From NCBI GenBank assembly GCA_963804995.1, contig CAWDSK010000002.1:256001-320000 (forward strand): a stretch of 64,000 nucleotides of DNA. The letters run 5' to 3'. Shown here piece after piece: positions 27,095 to 36,381 of this stretch (position 1 is its first letter; the number at the start of each line of letters is the position of its first letter). Under the pieces are notes generated by a model, which made no database searches, was not told the origin of the DNA, and saw only the letters and a program-made list of their open reading frames with translations. The DNA comes from an uncultured Acidobacteriota bacterium (GTDB lineage Bacteria; Acidobacteriota; Terriglobia; UBA7540). The translations under genes were made by a program, and so were the position numbers.

Positions 27095-30000
27095 TCAATT
27101 ATGCGCTTTCGTGAGAAAACTAGCGAGAGTTGGATTCTTGTGGCGAGATGGAACTGCAGCCAATGCTTGTGCGGGGGAACCGGCGCTGTGAACAGGGGGC
27201 TCGGCTCGATTCTCCGATGTCTTCAGCAGTGCTCCGCTCAATCCGATCAGCCGTCGCTGCTCGTCCGGTGTAATCTCAAACAAGTAGCGCATCAGCAATT
27301 CCGGCTGGTCGCCATCGTAGCCCTTAAAGATATCAGGCGTGGGGCCGGCAAAGACGTAGTGGTCAGCCTGGGGTTTAAATAAGCCCGAAGGCATTGCTGT
27401 TCCGGGGCTGATCATGGAGGGGTTGAGCATCCAGCGACGAGCCCAGCCGGGCTTCAGGCGATCCCGAGCCAGGAGGAAGTTGGGCGCAGTAGCAAACTTG
27501 TCGTGCGCCGGGTCGCCCGTGGCGTGGCACTTCAGGCAGGGCGCGGCTTTGCTTGTGAACAGCGCGCGGGCCATGGCAATTTCCTGCTCCGATAGCGGGT
27601 CGAGCTTGGGTGCGATGTAGGGCATGGGCTGGCCGGAAAGCGCCTGGAAGAAGCGCACCAACTTGCGCAGCTCGATGGGAGAAAAGTGGAAGGTCGGCAT
27701 ACGCGCTTTCAAATAAGGCCGCACCCCGTCGCGATCTGTGTCCTTCGGATCGAGCGCGGGATTCGACAGGAACTTCAGCATCCAGTCAGGATTGGCGCGG
27801 GCACCCTCGCCCATAAGTTTGGGCGGCAACTGATCCTTCCACTCGGGCGTCTGATAGAGCGGCAAGGTCATCAAGCGGCTCGACTGCCCCACCATGAACT
27901 GGTGGCAGCCCATACAGTTGTACTTTTTAACAATCCACCAGCCTTCCTGGATATTGTGCCGCTGGTCCTCCGGCGCATCCCAGTAACGACGCGGATATTG
28001 CGACTCTACAGCCCCCATCAAGAACGTGGTGAGGGCGGTAATTTCCTGAGGCTTCATATCGAAGTCGGGCATGCGCAGTCGGTCGTTGGGATCGCGGTCG
28101 GTCCAGTCGCGCCCGGTGTCGTAGACCTCGGGCTTCTCAAGCTTGTGCTCGAAGAATCCCTTGTGGCTGTACCAGTCGGCCTTTTGGGCCTCTCCGGTGA
28201 GCAATCCAAAATCAATCTGCTCGAGGGGCTTGGAACCTTCCTTGGTGAGCTCCGTGCCGATGCGGCCTTCATCTTCCATGCCCGCAATCTCGTGGCAGCC
28301 TGCGCAACCGTAACGCTGCACGAGGGTGCGGCCTTGCTCCTTGAGCTTGGGGTCGTACAGGAAATCGGCGCGGGGATATGTGGAAGGATCTTCTTCCTTC
28401 AGCGTGACCAGGTAGCTGGCTATGTCGCGCGCTTCCCCGATCGACAAGCGCAAGTTGGGCATGATGGTTTCCTGCTCCACCTGCAACTCGTGACCGTCGT
28501 TCGGACATCGCGAGTGGCCGAGGTCAAATACAAACGGCAGTCCGTGACGCTTGTAGTCCGCTTCCGTGAGGTCGCGCTTTTCGTACGGGCAATAGGGGCG
28601 CGTGCGTTCGCGGGGGTCGTGAATCCAGCGCACCAGGTAATCGTAATTATCCTTTTCACCCACCTTCGAAAGGTTAGCGGCAAAACCGGCGTCGGAATCG
28701 CTCAAGGAGTGGCAGCCCATACACCCGCGGGTCTCGAAACTTTCTTTGCCCTTCACCGGATCCCCGGGTGGCTGGTGCGGCAGCGTGCCATCAATACCGC
28801 TCTGCCAAATGAACGCGGAAATCTCTTTTACTTCGTCCCCGCTCAAGCGGAAACGCGGCATGCGCGTAGTGGGGCGCCAGGCATGGGGGTTGGAGATCCA
28901 GACCGGGATCCAGTCCGGCCTAATCTTTACGCGCACTTCTTTCAAATCCGGTCCGACTTTCTTCATGCCGCGCATCAGGTCTTTGGAGCGGCGATCGAGC
29001 TGCTCGATGCGGCCGTCGATGTCGCTGATGGAAACGCGCAGCATATCCGCCTGGGTATAATACTTCCGCGCGGTGTCATTGTCGGGCGCCTGATCACCCA
29101 TCTGGATGGCATGCTGGATGTCGCGCTGCGCGTCGTGCCGCCGATTCTCAAGCTGCATCATCTCCTGCTGGCCCGCCACCAACTCTTCCGGCTCCGGATC
29201 GTAATTCTGGAACCGGTGGCAGCCCACGCAGCCCCGGTATTGGAAAAGTTCCTTGCCAGAGCTCAGCACAGGCGCGTGGTCGACAAGCATGTCGCTCGCG
29301 TGGCATTGCTGGCAGCCAGCCTGGACGTTCTCATGCGGGTGGAGCGGCCACAGCCAGTGCTCGTAGTTGCCGTGCGCTTTTTCGACGCTTTCCACCTGCA
29401 TGCCGTTACCATTGTGGCAGGGGGAGCAACCGAACTTCTCCGGGTCATGAAGCGCAAGCAACTCGGGGTCCGGGTGGCTCACGAATACTTTCTTGCCACC
29501 CATGTCCTTGGCCGTAAGTACGACCGGCTCGCGAATCCCCGCGTGGCAGGACTCGCACCGATCTACAATGCCTGCGTCAGGATTATTGACCTGCCGAATA
29601 TCAACTACGGAACCATTCACCTTGACGAGAAGGCCGTGCAACTGCTCAGCGGTCAGCCCATTCAGGTGGTCCGCGACATACGCATCGCGCTTCTTGCGCA
29701 GATCCGAAACGGGCCGCAGCAGCGCAGCCTTTTCCTCCAGCATCTTCGCCTTGTCGAGCTGGACACTGTTAAATTCCTCTTGCAGTTGTTGGAAGGTGTA
29801 GCTGCCCTTCTCGCGATGACCGTCCGGCAGAGTGGGCAGGGAGAGTTCGAAAGGGCCAGCCTCGTACTTGGCCAATCCTTTCTGTATTGACGCTTTGCTG
29901 CCCGCCGAGGTGTGCTCAATCTGGTAAACCTGCGTCGCTACGTAAGCCCGGGCGGTCGTGAAGGTATCCGTGAGGGTGGAAAAGCGCGCGTCCAGCACGG

Positions 30001-30307
30001 CGATCTGCCGGTCCAGTTCCTCCGTCTTGTCCTTTACTTGGGCTTCCGAAGTCTTGAGTTGCTGGTCGAGTTGCTGATACTCGGTGGACTTCAGAATGGC
30101 TTCCTCAGCAATCTTTTGTTTGGGAATCTCCTTGACCAGAAAGGAATGGTAGCGGCGCGCAAATTCGCGTTGATAGCTCTTCCAAGGGCGCAGGCCGAAA
30201 AATTCGCCATAGAGCGCCCAGACGAGCGTCAGCATCAGGAGGACAGACGCGGCCACAAAGAACGTGGCGAGCGATGTCGTAATGACGGGATCCTTTTCCT
30301 CAGGCAA
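27095..30307 (-). CDS. Membrane-anchored multiheme (8 CxxCH) cytochrome c
   Basis: N-terminal TM helix and coiled coil; CESCH, CSPCH, CQQCH, CVGCH, CMGCH, CAGCH, CMGCH, CLKCH. Confidence 0.93.
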   Translation of the reverse strand: MPEEKDPVITTSLATFFVAASVLLMLTLVWALYGEFFGLRPWKSYQREFARRYHSFLVKEIPKQKIAEEAILKSTEYQQLDQQLKTSEAQVKDKTEELDRQIAVLDARFSTLTDTFTTARAYVATQVYQIEHTSAGSKASIQKGLAKYEAGPFELSLPTLPDGHREKGSYTFQQLQEEFNSVQLDKAKMLEEKAALLRPVSDLRKKRDAYVADHLNGLTAEQLHGLLVKVNGSVVDIRQVNNPDAGIVDRCESCHAGIREPVVLTAKDMGGKKVFVSHPDPELLALHDPEKFGCSPCHNGNGMQVESVEKAHGNYEHWLWPLHPHENVQAGCQQCHASDMLVDHAPVLSSGKELFQYRGCVGCHRFQNYDPEPEELVAGQQEMMQLENRRHDAQRDIQHAIQMGDQAPDNDTARKYYTQADMLRVSISDIDGRIEQLDRRSKDLMRGMKKVGPDLKEVRVKIRPDWIPVWISNPHAWRPTTRMPRFRLSGDEVKEISAFIWQSGIDGTLPHQPPGDPVKGKESFETRGCMGCHSLSDSDAGFAANLSKVGEKDNYDYLVRWIHDPRERTRPYCPYEKRDLTEADYKRHGLPFVFDLGHSRCPNDGHELQVEQETIMPNLRLSIGEARDIASYLVTLKEEDPSTYPRADFLYDPKLKEQGRTLVQRYGCAGCHEIAGMEDEGRIGTELTKEGSKPLEQIDFGLLTGEAQKADWYSHKGFFEHKLEKPEVYDTGRDWTDRDPNDRLRMPDFDMKPQEITALTTFLMGAVESQYPRRYWDAPEDQRHNIQEGWWIVKKYNCMGCHQFMVGQSSRLMTLPLYQTPEWKDQLPPKLMGEGARANPDWMLKFLSNPALDPKDTDRDGVRPYLKARMPTFHFSPIELRKLVRFFQALSGQPMPYIAPKLDPLSEQEIAMARALFTSKAAPCLKCHATGDPAHDKFATAPNFLLARDRLKPGWARRWMLNPSMISPGTAMPSGLFKPQADHYVFAGPTPDIFKGYDGDQPELLMRYLFEITPDEQRRLIGLSGALLKTSENRAEPPVHSAGSPAQALAAVPSRHKNPTLASFLTKAHN

Positions 30308-30323
30308 CCTAAACCCCCAAAGT

Positions 30324-30394
30324 TCGAAGCTCGAAAATCGAAACTCGAAAATCGAGATCCGCCCCGAGTTTCGAATTTCGAGTTTCGGATTTCG
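30324..30394. repeat. Inverted 7-bp arrays (TCGAAAM)n / (CGARTTT)n
   Basis: TCGAAGC TCGAAAA TCGAAAC TCGAAAA TCGAG...CGAGTTT CGAATTT CGAGTTT CGGATTT CG. Confidence 0.9.
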
Positions 30395-30406
30395 TCATTT
30401 TGCTTT

Positions 30407-31342
30407 TCAAAGATTGAACCAGGGCGTCACCCAGATATATTTGATTCTAAACAAATGCCGTATGAGTATTTTGATCGGAAGCAGCAACATGATCGTTAAG
30501 AAAGCCTGCATGGTCATGTACTGAAGGAAGCTCATCTTCTGGTAAATCTTCTTGTTGAAATCATTCCAGGTAATCAACTTATGCACGAATCCGCCCGCCA
30601 CCACGAAGTAGACCCCCGTAACAATGGCCCCGAAGATCACCTTGCCCCATACGGAGGAGATAAAGAAGATGTCGGGCAAGTCCCGGTTCACCTCAAATAC
30701 CTGACGGTTGGGATCCCAAGTCTGGCCAGGCCAGAACCACATCCATCCGGGGCCACGGATGAAAGTCCCGATCACCACCATCAGCAGCCACAGCAACATG
30801 AAGCCGAAACAGAAGGTCCCAATGGCGAAACGACGCTGCTTCCAGGTGTAGTACCCGGAGCCCAGCGGGTTGGCGTCGATATAGGGAATCACCATCAGCC
30901 CCACGATGATGAGTGTGGGCATCACCACCCCCGCCATCCAGGGATCGAAATAGACCAGCATTTCCTGGAGGCCCAGAAAATACCACGGGGCCTTGGCGGG
31001 GTTCATGGTCAGGTTGGGGTTTGACAACTCCTCGAGCGGTGCGTTGAGCGTGATGGACCAGACCATCAGGATAACGGTGACAATGATGGCGGCCAGGAAT
31101 TCAATGCGCAGCAGGAAGGGCCAGACAGGAACCTCCTTGGTCCAACCGGGCTTCCAGGGTAGCGCCTTGCGATGATGGGTCTTGGCAAGCTGCGGGTCGG
31201 CTTCCAATTGCACGATCAGGCGGTCGTTGGCGAGCGCCTGCCGGAGGCCATACCAGGTATAGAAGGGTACGAGCCCGATCAACGCCACGATGGGAACGTT
31301 GTCAGGCGCGGAAGTAATTTCCCAGAGTTGATGCCAATCCAT
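30407..31342 (-). CDS. Cytochrome b C-terminal subunit (PetD/subunit IV-like) with extra TM helices
   Basis: VPVWP, NAPLEELSNPNLTMNPAKAPWYFLGLQEML, IPYID.NP; follows cytochrome b. Confidence 0.85.
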   Translation of the reverse strand: MDWHQLWEITSAPDNVPIVALIGLVPFYTWYGLRQALANDRLIVQLEADPQLAKTHHRKALPWKPGWTKEVPVWPFLLRIEFLAAIIVTVILMVWSITLNAPLEELSNPNLTMNPAKAPWYFLGLQEMLVYFDPWMAGVVMPTLIIVGLMVIPYIDANPLGSGYYTWKQRRFAIGTFCFGFMLLWLLMVVIGTFIRGPGWMWFWPGQTWDPNRQVFEVNRDLPDIFFISSVWGKVIFGAIVTGVYFVVAGGFVHKLITWNDFNKKIYQKMSFLQYMTMQAFLTIMLLLPIKILIRHLFRIKYIWVTPWFNL

Positions 31343-31346
31343 TTTG

Positions 31347-31430
31347 GCTATCAGCTTTCAGCTATCAGCTCTCAGCTCCCGGCCATCAGCTTGGAGGCGA
31401 TGCCTCGACTGACGGCTGATAGCTGATAGC
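31347..31430. repeat. Inverted 7-bp arrays (GCTATCA)n / (CTGATAG)n
   Basis: GCTATCA GCTTTCA GCTATCA GCTCTCA...CTGACGG CTGATAG CTGATAG. Confidence 0.9.
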
Positions 31431-31436
31431 AACTTG

Positions 31437-32396
31437 TCATTCTGTGTGCTGCGGCACCACGTACGGCAGCACCTTCATCTTCAGCGCTTCTTGCTCCAGG
31501 ATCACGGGCGCGGGCCCGGAGATGCCGCCGTCTTTTCGCACCCGCCAGAAATGCACACCCATAAAGACAGAGGCAATAAGTGGGATTGCAATACAATGCC
31601 AGATATAAGCACGCAAAAGAGCGTTGGCATCCACGATGGAGCCGCCCAGCAGGGCAAAGCGCACGTCGTTGTAAGGGGTCATGCCGAGTTGCGCGCCAAA
31701 GGGGCCCTCATGCCCGAGCAACGGGGTAGCGCGCGCCATGTTCGTGCCCACCGTCACCGCCCAGAAGCCCAGTTGATCGTCGGGAAGCAAGTAGCCGGTA
31801 AAGCTGAGCAGCAAGGTGAGCACCAGCAGGATGACACCCACGCACCAGTTGAACTCGCGCGGCTTTTTGTAAGAGCCCGTGAGGAAAACCCGGAACATGT
31901 GAAGCCAGACAGTGATGATCATCAGGTGTGCAGCCCAGCGATGCATGTTGCGCAGCAGTGACCCGAACGGCACGTCGCTCATCAAGTAGACGATGTCTCG
32001 ATACGCCTGACCCTTGGTGGGGTGGTAATAGAACATCAGCAGTACGCCGGTGATAGTCAGGACCAGGAAAAGATAAAATGTGATGCCGCCCATACCCCAG
32101 GTATAGCCGTAGCGCACGGCGTCACGATTGATCTTGGAGGGATGCAGGTGCAGGAAGACATTAGATAGCACCCCCAGGGCGCGGCTCCGGGAACTGTCAT
32201 CGTGCTTGACACGGAAGATGGACTTATAAAGGGTGGTCTTTTCAGGCCGCTTAAGGCCCTCGATATCCTCTTTGGCCTTACCCTTCAGCACTTCCGTGGT
32301 TTCGCGCACCTCCTCGAGCACAGCAGCGATGCCCTTTTTAGAGGGCGCCGCGCCCGGTTCCTCTTTCGGAGGGTTGGCGCCGTGTTCGTCAGCCAT
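31437..32396 (-). CDS. petB: Cytochrome b6-like N-terminal subunit
   Basis: TGVLLMFYYHP, RNMHRWAAHLM...LHMFRVF.TGSYKKPREFNW, FTGYLLP, WHC...VHFWRVRKDGGISGP. Confidence 0.93.
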   Translation of the reverse strand: MADEHGANPPKEEPGAAPSKKGIAAVLEEVRETTEVLKGKAKEDIEGLKRPEKTTLYKSIFRVKHDDSSRSRALGVLSNVFLHLHPSKINRDAVRYGYTWGMGGITFYLFLVLTITGVLLMFYYHPTKGQAYRDIVYLMSDVPFGSLLRNMHRWAAHLMIITVWLHMFRVFLTGSYKKPREFNWCVGVILLVLTLLLSFTGYLLPDDQLGFWAVTVGTNMARATPLLGHEGPFGAQLGMTPYNDVRFALLGGSIVDANALLRAYIWHCIAIPLIASVFMGVHFWRVRKDGGISGPAPVILEQEALKMKVLPYVVPQHTE

Positions 32397-32412
32397 TGAT
32401 CTCTCCGCTTCA

Positions 32413-32561
32413 AGCTATCAGCCGTCAGCTTTCAGCCAAACCCTAGGGTGACTGCTGAGCCCAGATTGCAGATTGTTGTTTCCTTGTCAACTCTTCAACT
32501 CTCAGCGGTCGGCGCTCAGCTCGTCATTGAGCTGATAGCTGACGGCTGAAAGCTGATAGCT
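32413..32561. repeat. Inverted 7-bp arrays (GCTATCA)n / (GCTGATA)n
   Basis: GCTATCA GCCGTCA GCTTTCA...GCTGATA GCTGACG GCTGAAA GCTGATA GC; abuts the Rieske stop codon. Confidence 0.9.
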
Positions 32562-33171
32562 ACACGTTAATGTACGAGCCGGCATCATTAAATTGATCCA
32601 CGCCCCCCTTGGGCCAGGAATAGAGGCGGCTGGTGTCAACCACGATCTGTCCCGTCGCGTCCAATTCCACATGCGCACGGTCCATGGGTCGGGGAGCCGG
32701 CCCTTCAAAGTTAATTCCTTCAGGCGTGTACCCGCTGCCGTGGCAGGGACACTTGAATTTGTGCTCCGCAGGTTTCCAATCTGGGGTGCAGCCGAGATGC
32801 GTGCAGCGACCAAAGATCACGAAGATGCGGTCGGCTTCGCGAACCACCCAGATGCGAGCCTGTGCTTTGAAGCGCTCATCTACACCCGGCTGGAAATCCG
32901 CGGGATATCCGATTTTGAAGACGGTGCTGGGTTCAAAAAGTGTGCGAGGAAAGAAGAAACGGAGGAACATCAGGAGATTGGCGCCAATGAAACCCCAAAT
33001 ACAACTCCAAATGATTCGCCGCCGCATCGTGTCCGCCGGTGACGCTTCAGCCGTAACGGTTTTGGCCTTGGCAGGAGCAGTCGGTTTAGGAGCGGGTTTG
33101 GCGGGAGCTGCGACGGCAGACGGAGACGGTGGAATAGGAGTAGGAGTGGCTGCGTCGCCCGCATTCGCCAT
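32560..33171 (-). CDS. petC: Rieske 2Fe-2S subunit of the bc complex
   Basis: MRRR plus TM helix, CTHLGC and CPCHGS boxes, GPAPRPM; Pro/Ala-rich N-terminus. Confidence 0.95.
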   Translation of the reverse strand: MANAGDAATPTPIPPSPSAVAAPAKPAPKPTAPAKAKTVTAEASPADTMRRRIIWSCIWGFIGANLLMFLRFFFPRTLFEPSTVFKIGYPADFQPGVDERFKAQARIWVVREADRIFVIFGRCTHLGCTPDWKPAEHKFKCPCHGSGYTPEGINFEGPAPRPMDRAHVELDATGQIVVDTSRLYSWPKGGVDQFNDAGSYINV

Positions 33172-33240
33172 AACCAGACCTCGTGGGTTGGCTTTCGTGA
33201 TTACTAGTTCAGGTGAATTCCTGTTAGCCCAGAAAAGAGA

Positions 33241-33270
33241 AATATAATGGAAGCCCCACAAGTCTGTCAA
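33241..33270 (-). promoter_or_regulatory. Sigma-70 promoter candidate for the bc operon
   Basis: Minus strand TTGACA-N18-TATATT. Confidence 0.55.
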
Positions 33271-33308
33271 CAATCGATCGCTACGGTTTTCCGAAAAAGA
33301 TGATTTGC

Positions 33309-33322
33309 TTGACGACCGTCAA
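33309..33322. promoter_or_regulatory. FNR/Crp-family box candidate
   Basis: TTGAC-GACC-GTCAA palindrome with TTGAT-N4-ATCAA geometry. Confidence 0.5.
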
Positions 33323-33534
33323 GCTATCAACCCTAAACATATCGCAATGTGACAGGTTTTGAAGGGAGATCACGGGCACAGTATTTGTAGCGCCAGCGTC
33401 CCCGGGGCGTTTCAGCGATAGAGCGGCGCCGCGGCGACCTTTGCCCCTCTGAAAAACTGATCTCCGCTGGAGCCAGCGCCGACTGCGTCGGGGCGCGAAT
33501 TACGATGCACCCGGGTTAAGCTGCCGCGGCCCAC

Positions 33535-33576
33535 CGGTCGATCCCCCGATGAACCGATGGCCCGATCGCCCGATAG
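33535..33576. repeat. 8-bp-period tandem array (NNNCCGAT)n
   Basis: CGGTCGAT CCCCCGAT GAACCGAT GGCCCGAT CGCCCGAT, next to the pgl stop. Confidence 0.7.
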
Positions 33577-33579
33577 CTC

Positions 33580-34755
33580 TTATTCCATCGGCATAAACTT
33601 CACACACACGGGCGCCCCGATCTCCAGCACCTGCCCGCTCGGCGTAAGGCGGCCGGTCTTCACATCCAGGTGAAACACCGTAAGGTTATTGGAGTTCTGA
33701 TTCGCAGAAATCACGTAATGACCGGAGGGATCGATCTCAAAACTGCGTGGCTCCTTGCCGCCGCTGGAAACAATTTCGACCGGTGTGAGCGTCCCCTTGA
33801 GGGGGTCAATCGAGTAGACGGCAATGCTTTCATGCCCACGATTCGAGCAGTAGAGGAATCGCCCGGAAGGATTCACTGCGATCTCCGCCGTGTTGCTCTG
33901 GCCCTTGAACTCCTTGGGGAGCGTCGTGATGGTCTGCAATTCCTTCAGCGTGCCGTTTGTCGCGTCGTAAGAAAACGCCGTGACGATGTTCCCCATCTCG
34001 CTGTTCACGTAAAGGAATTTGCCGTTGGGATGAAACGCCATGTGGCGCGGTCCGGAGCCGGCCTTTACTTCACCATAAGGGGGATTGTTGGGTGTGAGCT
34101 TTCCCTGGTTGGCATCAAATCGATAGACAACGACACGGTCAGCGCCCAGATCAGCAGCCAGCACAAAACGGTTGTCCGGCGAAGGCAGAATGCAGTGCGC
34201 GTGCGGGCCCTCCTGGCGCTCGGGATCAATGCCATGCCCTGTGTGCTGGACGATAGATGATGCCTTGCCCAAACGGCCATCGGCGAGAATGGGGAAGGCC
34301 GCCACACTCCCGCTCGAGTAGTTGGCAGCCAGAACATATTTGCCCGTCTTGTCGACAATCACGTGGCAAGGGTCGAGGCCGCCGGAGGCAACTTCGTTCA
34401 GCAAGGTTAGTTTCCCCGTCTTCCGATCTATCGCGAAGGCGCTAACCGCACCGCTTTTCTGACCTGCAAAGTTTCCGATTTCGTTGGCCGCGTAAAGAAA
34501 GCGGTGGTTGGGATGAATAGCCAAAAAGGAAGGGTTCGTCGATTCCGCCGCGAGCCCAAGCGGAGTCAGCTTCCCCGTCGCCGATTCAAACTTGTAAACA
34601 TAAATTCCCTGGCTTTTCGGTCCGGTATACGGCCCGACGTACACAAAATAGTTGTCCATGGTTCCAGGCCTTTCGGCGCCCAGGGCGGAAACCAGCCAAC
34701 CGCTCAGGGCGAGGAGTGTGAAAAGGAGCAGCGCGGAGTAAGGTATGTTTTTCAT
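33580..34755 (-). CDS. pgl: 6-phosphogluconolactonase (beta-propeller lactonase), with signal peptide
   Basis: YVGPYT, NPSFLA, PCHV, ANYSSGSV, RQEGPHAH, DLGAD, GSGPRH, SNRGH, PRSF, ANQNS. Confidence 0.92.
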   Translation of the reverse strand: MKNIPYSALLLFTLLALSGWLVSALGAERPGTMDNYFVYVGPYTGPKSQGIYVYKFESATGKLTPLGLAAESTNPSFLAIHPNHRFLYAANEIGNFAGQKSGAVSAFAIDRKTGKLTLLNEVASGGLDPCHVIVDKTGKYVLAANYSSGSVAAFPILADGRLGKASSIVQHTGHGIDPERQEGPHAHCILPSPDNRFVLAADLGADRVVVYRFDANQGKLTPNNPPYGEVKAGSGPRHMAFHPNGKFLYVNSEMGNIVTAFSYDATNGTLKELQTITTLPKEFKGQSNTAEIAVNPSGRFLYCSNRGHESIAVYSIDPLKGTLTPVEIVSSGGKEPRSFEIDPSGHYVISANQNSNNLTVFHLDVKTGRLTPSGQVLEIGAPVCVKFMPME

Positions 34756-35032
34756 GCCCCCTATGAAAGCGCAGGGCAACGAAAAGCGCAAGGGAAGTTT
34801 TGCCACCCGCGCCCGGGGGACAGGACAATGGCTAGAGGGGAGGTACTGCCCACCCATCTCAATTCCGCAACCCGCTCGCGAGGGTCCGAGATCCGCCGCG
34901 GCGGAAGAGGGGGTGCGAGATCCGCAGGCAGGCGGGGTTCTGTTTCTACCCTTGGAATTGTACGTCCGCAAAGCGTGGATACCTACTCTTGCGGGAATCG
35001 CGTCCCTACGGGGGTAAGCGTTGACTGCAGAC

Positions 35033-36055
35033 CTACGCCGGCACGCGGGTGCTGACCGTGTGGAGCACCAGGTCCGCTAGGGCGGTGACGAATGAAGGGG
35101 AATCGTTCAGGCCTTCCATGGTTTCGAAATGGTGTATGCCAAAGTATTCAGCTTGTTCGCGCGCTTCCACATTGATTTCGTAGAGGGTTTCCACGTGGTC
35201 GGAGACGAAGGAAATGGGCACCACCAGCACACGCTCGGCGCCGCGCACGGCGAGGTCTTGCAAAGATTCGCGGAGGAATGGCTGGAGCCAGCGGCCCGGG
35301 CCGGAGCGGCTTTGGTAGCACAGGCGGTGCGGGTTTGCCCAGCGGCCTCGCTCCATTACCAGCTTGGTTGTGGCTTCGATCTGCGACCGGTAAGGGTCAC
35401 CCTTGTGAATGACGCTCTCTGGAACGCTGTGCGCGCTGAACAGCAGGTGGACGTCTGCGGGCACGCGCGCGGCATGGCCGTTGGAGCGCCGAAAGCGCTC
35501 CAGGCCTTGGTTGATGCGCTCCACTATCGCGTCGAGGTAAAGAGGTTGGTCGTGAAAATCGCGGATCACTCGGACCTGCTGGGCGTGGTCGTGCGGAAAG
35601 TGGCGATGCCACTCGTTCAGGCTGCTGCCCGTGGTGGTCGAAGAGTACTGCGGGTAGAGTGGCAACAGCACAATCTCCTCCGGCGCGAAGGCCTGCAGCT
35701 CTTCTACCGCCACTTTCGTGAGCGGATGCCAGTAGCGCATGGCTACGATCACGCGTGCCGCGAAGGATTTCGAAAGTTCGATTTCGAGCGCCCGGGCTTG
35801 GCGTTCGGTGAGCTCGCCGAGAGGTGACTTGCCGCCGATCTCCTGATAGTGCTTGCGTACCTTGCCCGCGCGCCTTGAGGAAATCAGCTTGGCCAGCGGT
35901 TCGCGGGCTAATCGCGCAAAGGGGAAATCGATGATGTCTGGATCGCAAAACAGGTTGTAAAGAAAGGGTTCGATGGCCTCGAGCGAATCCGGCCCGCCAA
36001 GTTGAAAAAGTACAACCCCCACACGCGTACCCGGACTGCAATTCGAATCGCTCAC
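35033..36055 (-). CDS. hemH: Ferrochelatase
   Basis: QLGGP, YQEIGGKSPL, AMRYWHP, LPLYPQYS, FSAHSVP, GDPY, YQSR.GP..WL.P, FVSDHVETLYEI. Confidence 0.96.
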   Translation of the reverse strand: MSDSNCSPGTRVGVVLFQLGGPDSLEAIEPFLYNLFCDPDIIDFPFARLAREPLAKLISSRRAGKVRKHYQEIGGKSPLGELTERQARALEIELSKSFAARVIVAMRYWHPLTKVAVEELQAFAPEEIVLLPLYPQYSSTTTGSSLNEWHRHFPHDHAQQVRVIRDFHDQPLYLDAIVERINQGLERFRRSNGHAARVPADVHLLFSAHSVPESVIHKGDPYRSQIEATTKLVMERGRWANPHRLCYQSRSGPGRWLQPFLRESLQDLAVRGAERVLVVPISFVSDHVETLYEINVEAREQAEYFGIHHFETMEGLNDSPSFVTALADLVLHTVSTRVPA

Positions 36056-36381
36056 CCCTTGACAACCTCTCGAAAGCAGGATTGTAAGATTCCGCCGGAC
36101 CGCCTAGTCCCCAGCGTGCTGCTAAGCTGCAGTCAGGAAAATATCCTACACAGTGGGGCTGGAAAACAGCAAGGGAATCCATCATAAGGAGCTGGTTAGT
36201 GGCAGGAAGCGAGTACTCAATCAGCCTTCGTGGCCGCGACTCACTGACCCGAGGCCTCACATCAAAACCTATGAAGGTGACCGCCCGGGGATTCTGGCAG
36301 CGATCCACATGAATGCTTTCGACGTGATCTTGGCAACTCCTCCTATTGCCTTTCAAACGGGAGGGATCATGCAAGGCCACA

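Noticed and set aside
27686..29890. 734-aa + strand ORF and similar long antisense ORFs elsewhere
   Set aside because: Shadow frames of well-supported genes in high-GC DNA; no recognisable motifs.
33387..33485. Degenerate GTAG REP pair (similar remnant at 34909-35010)
   Set aside because: Stems are too decayed to call reliably by eye.
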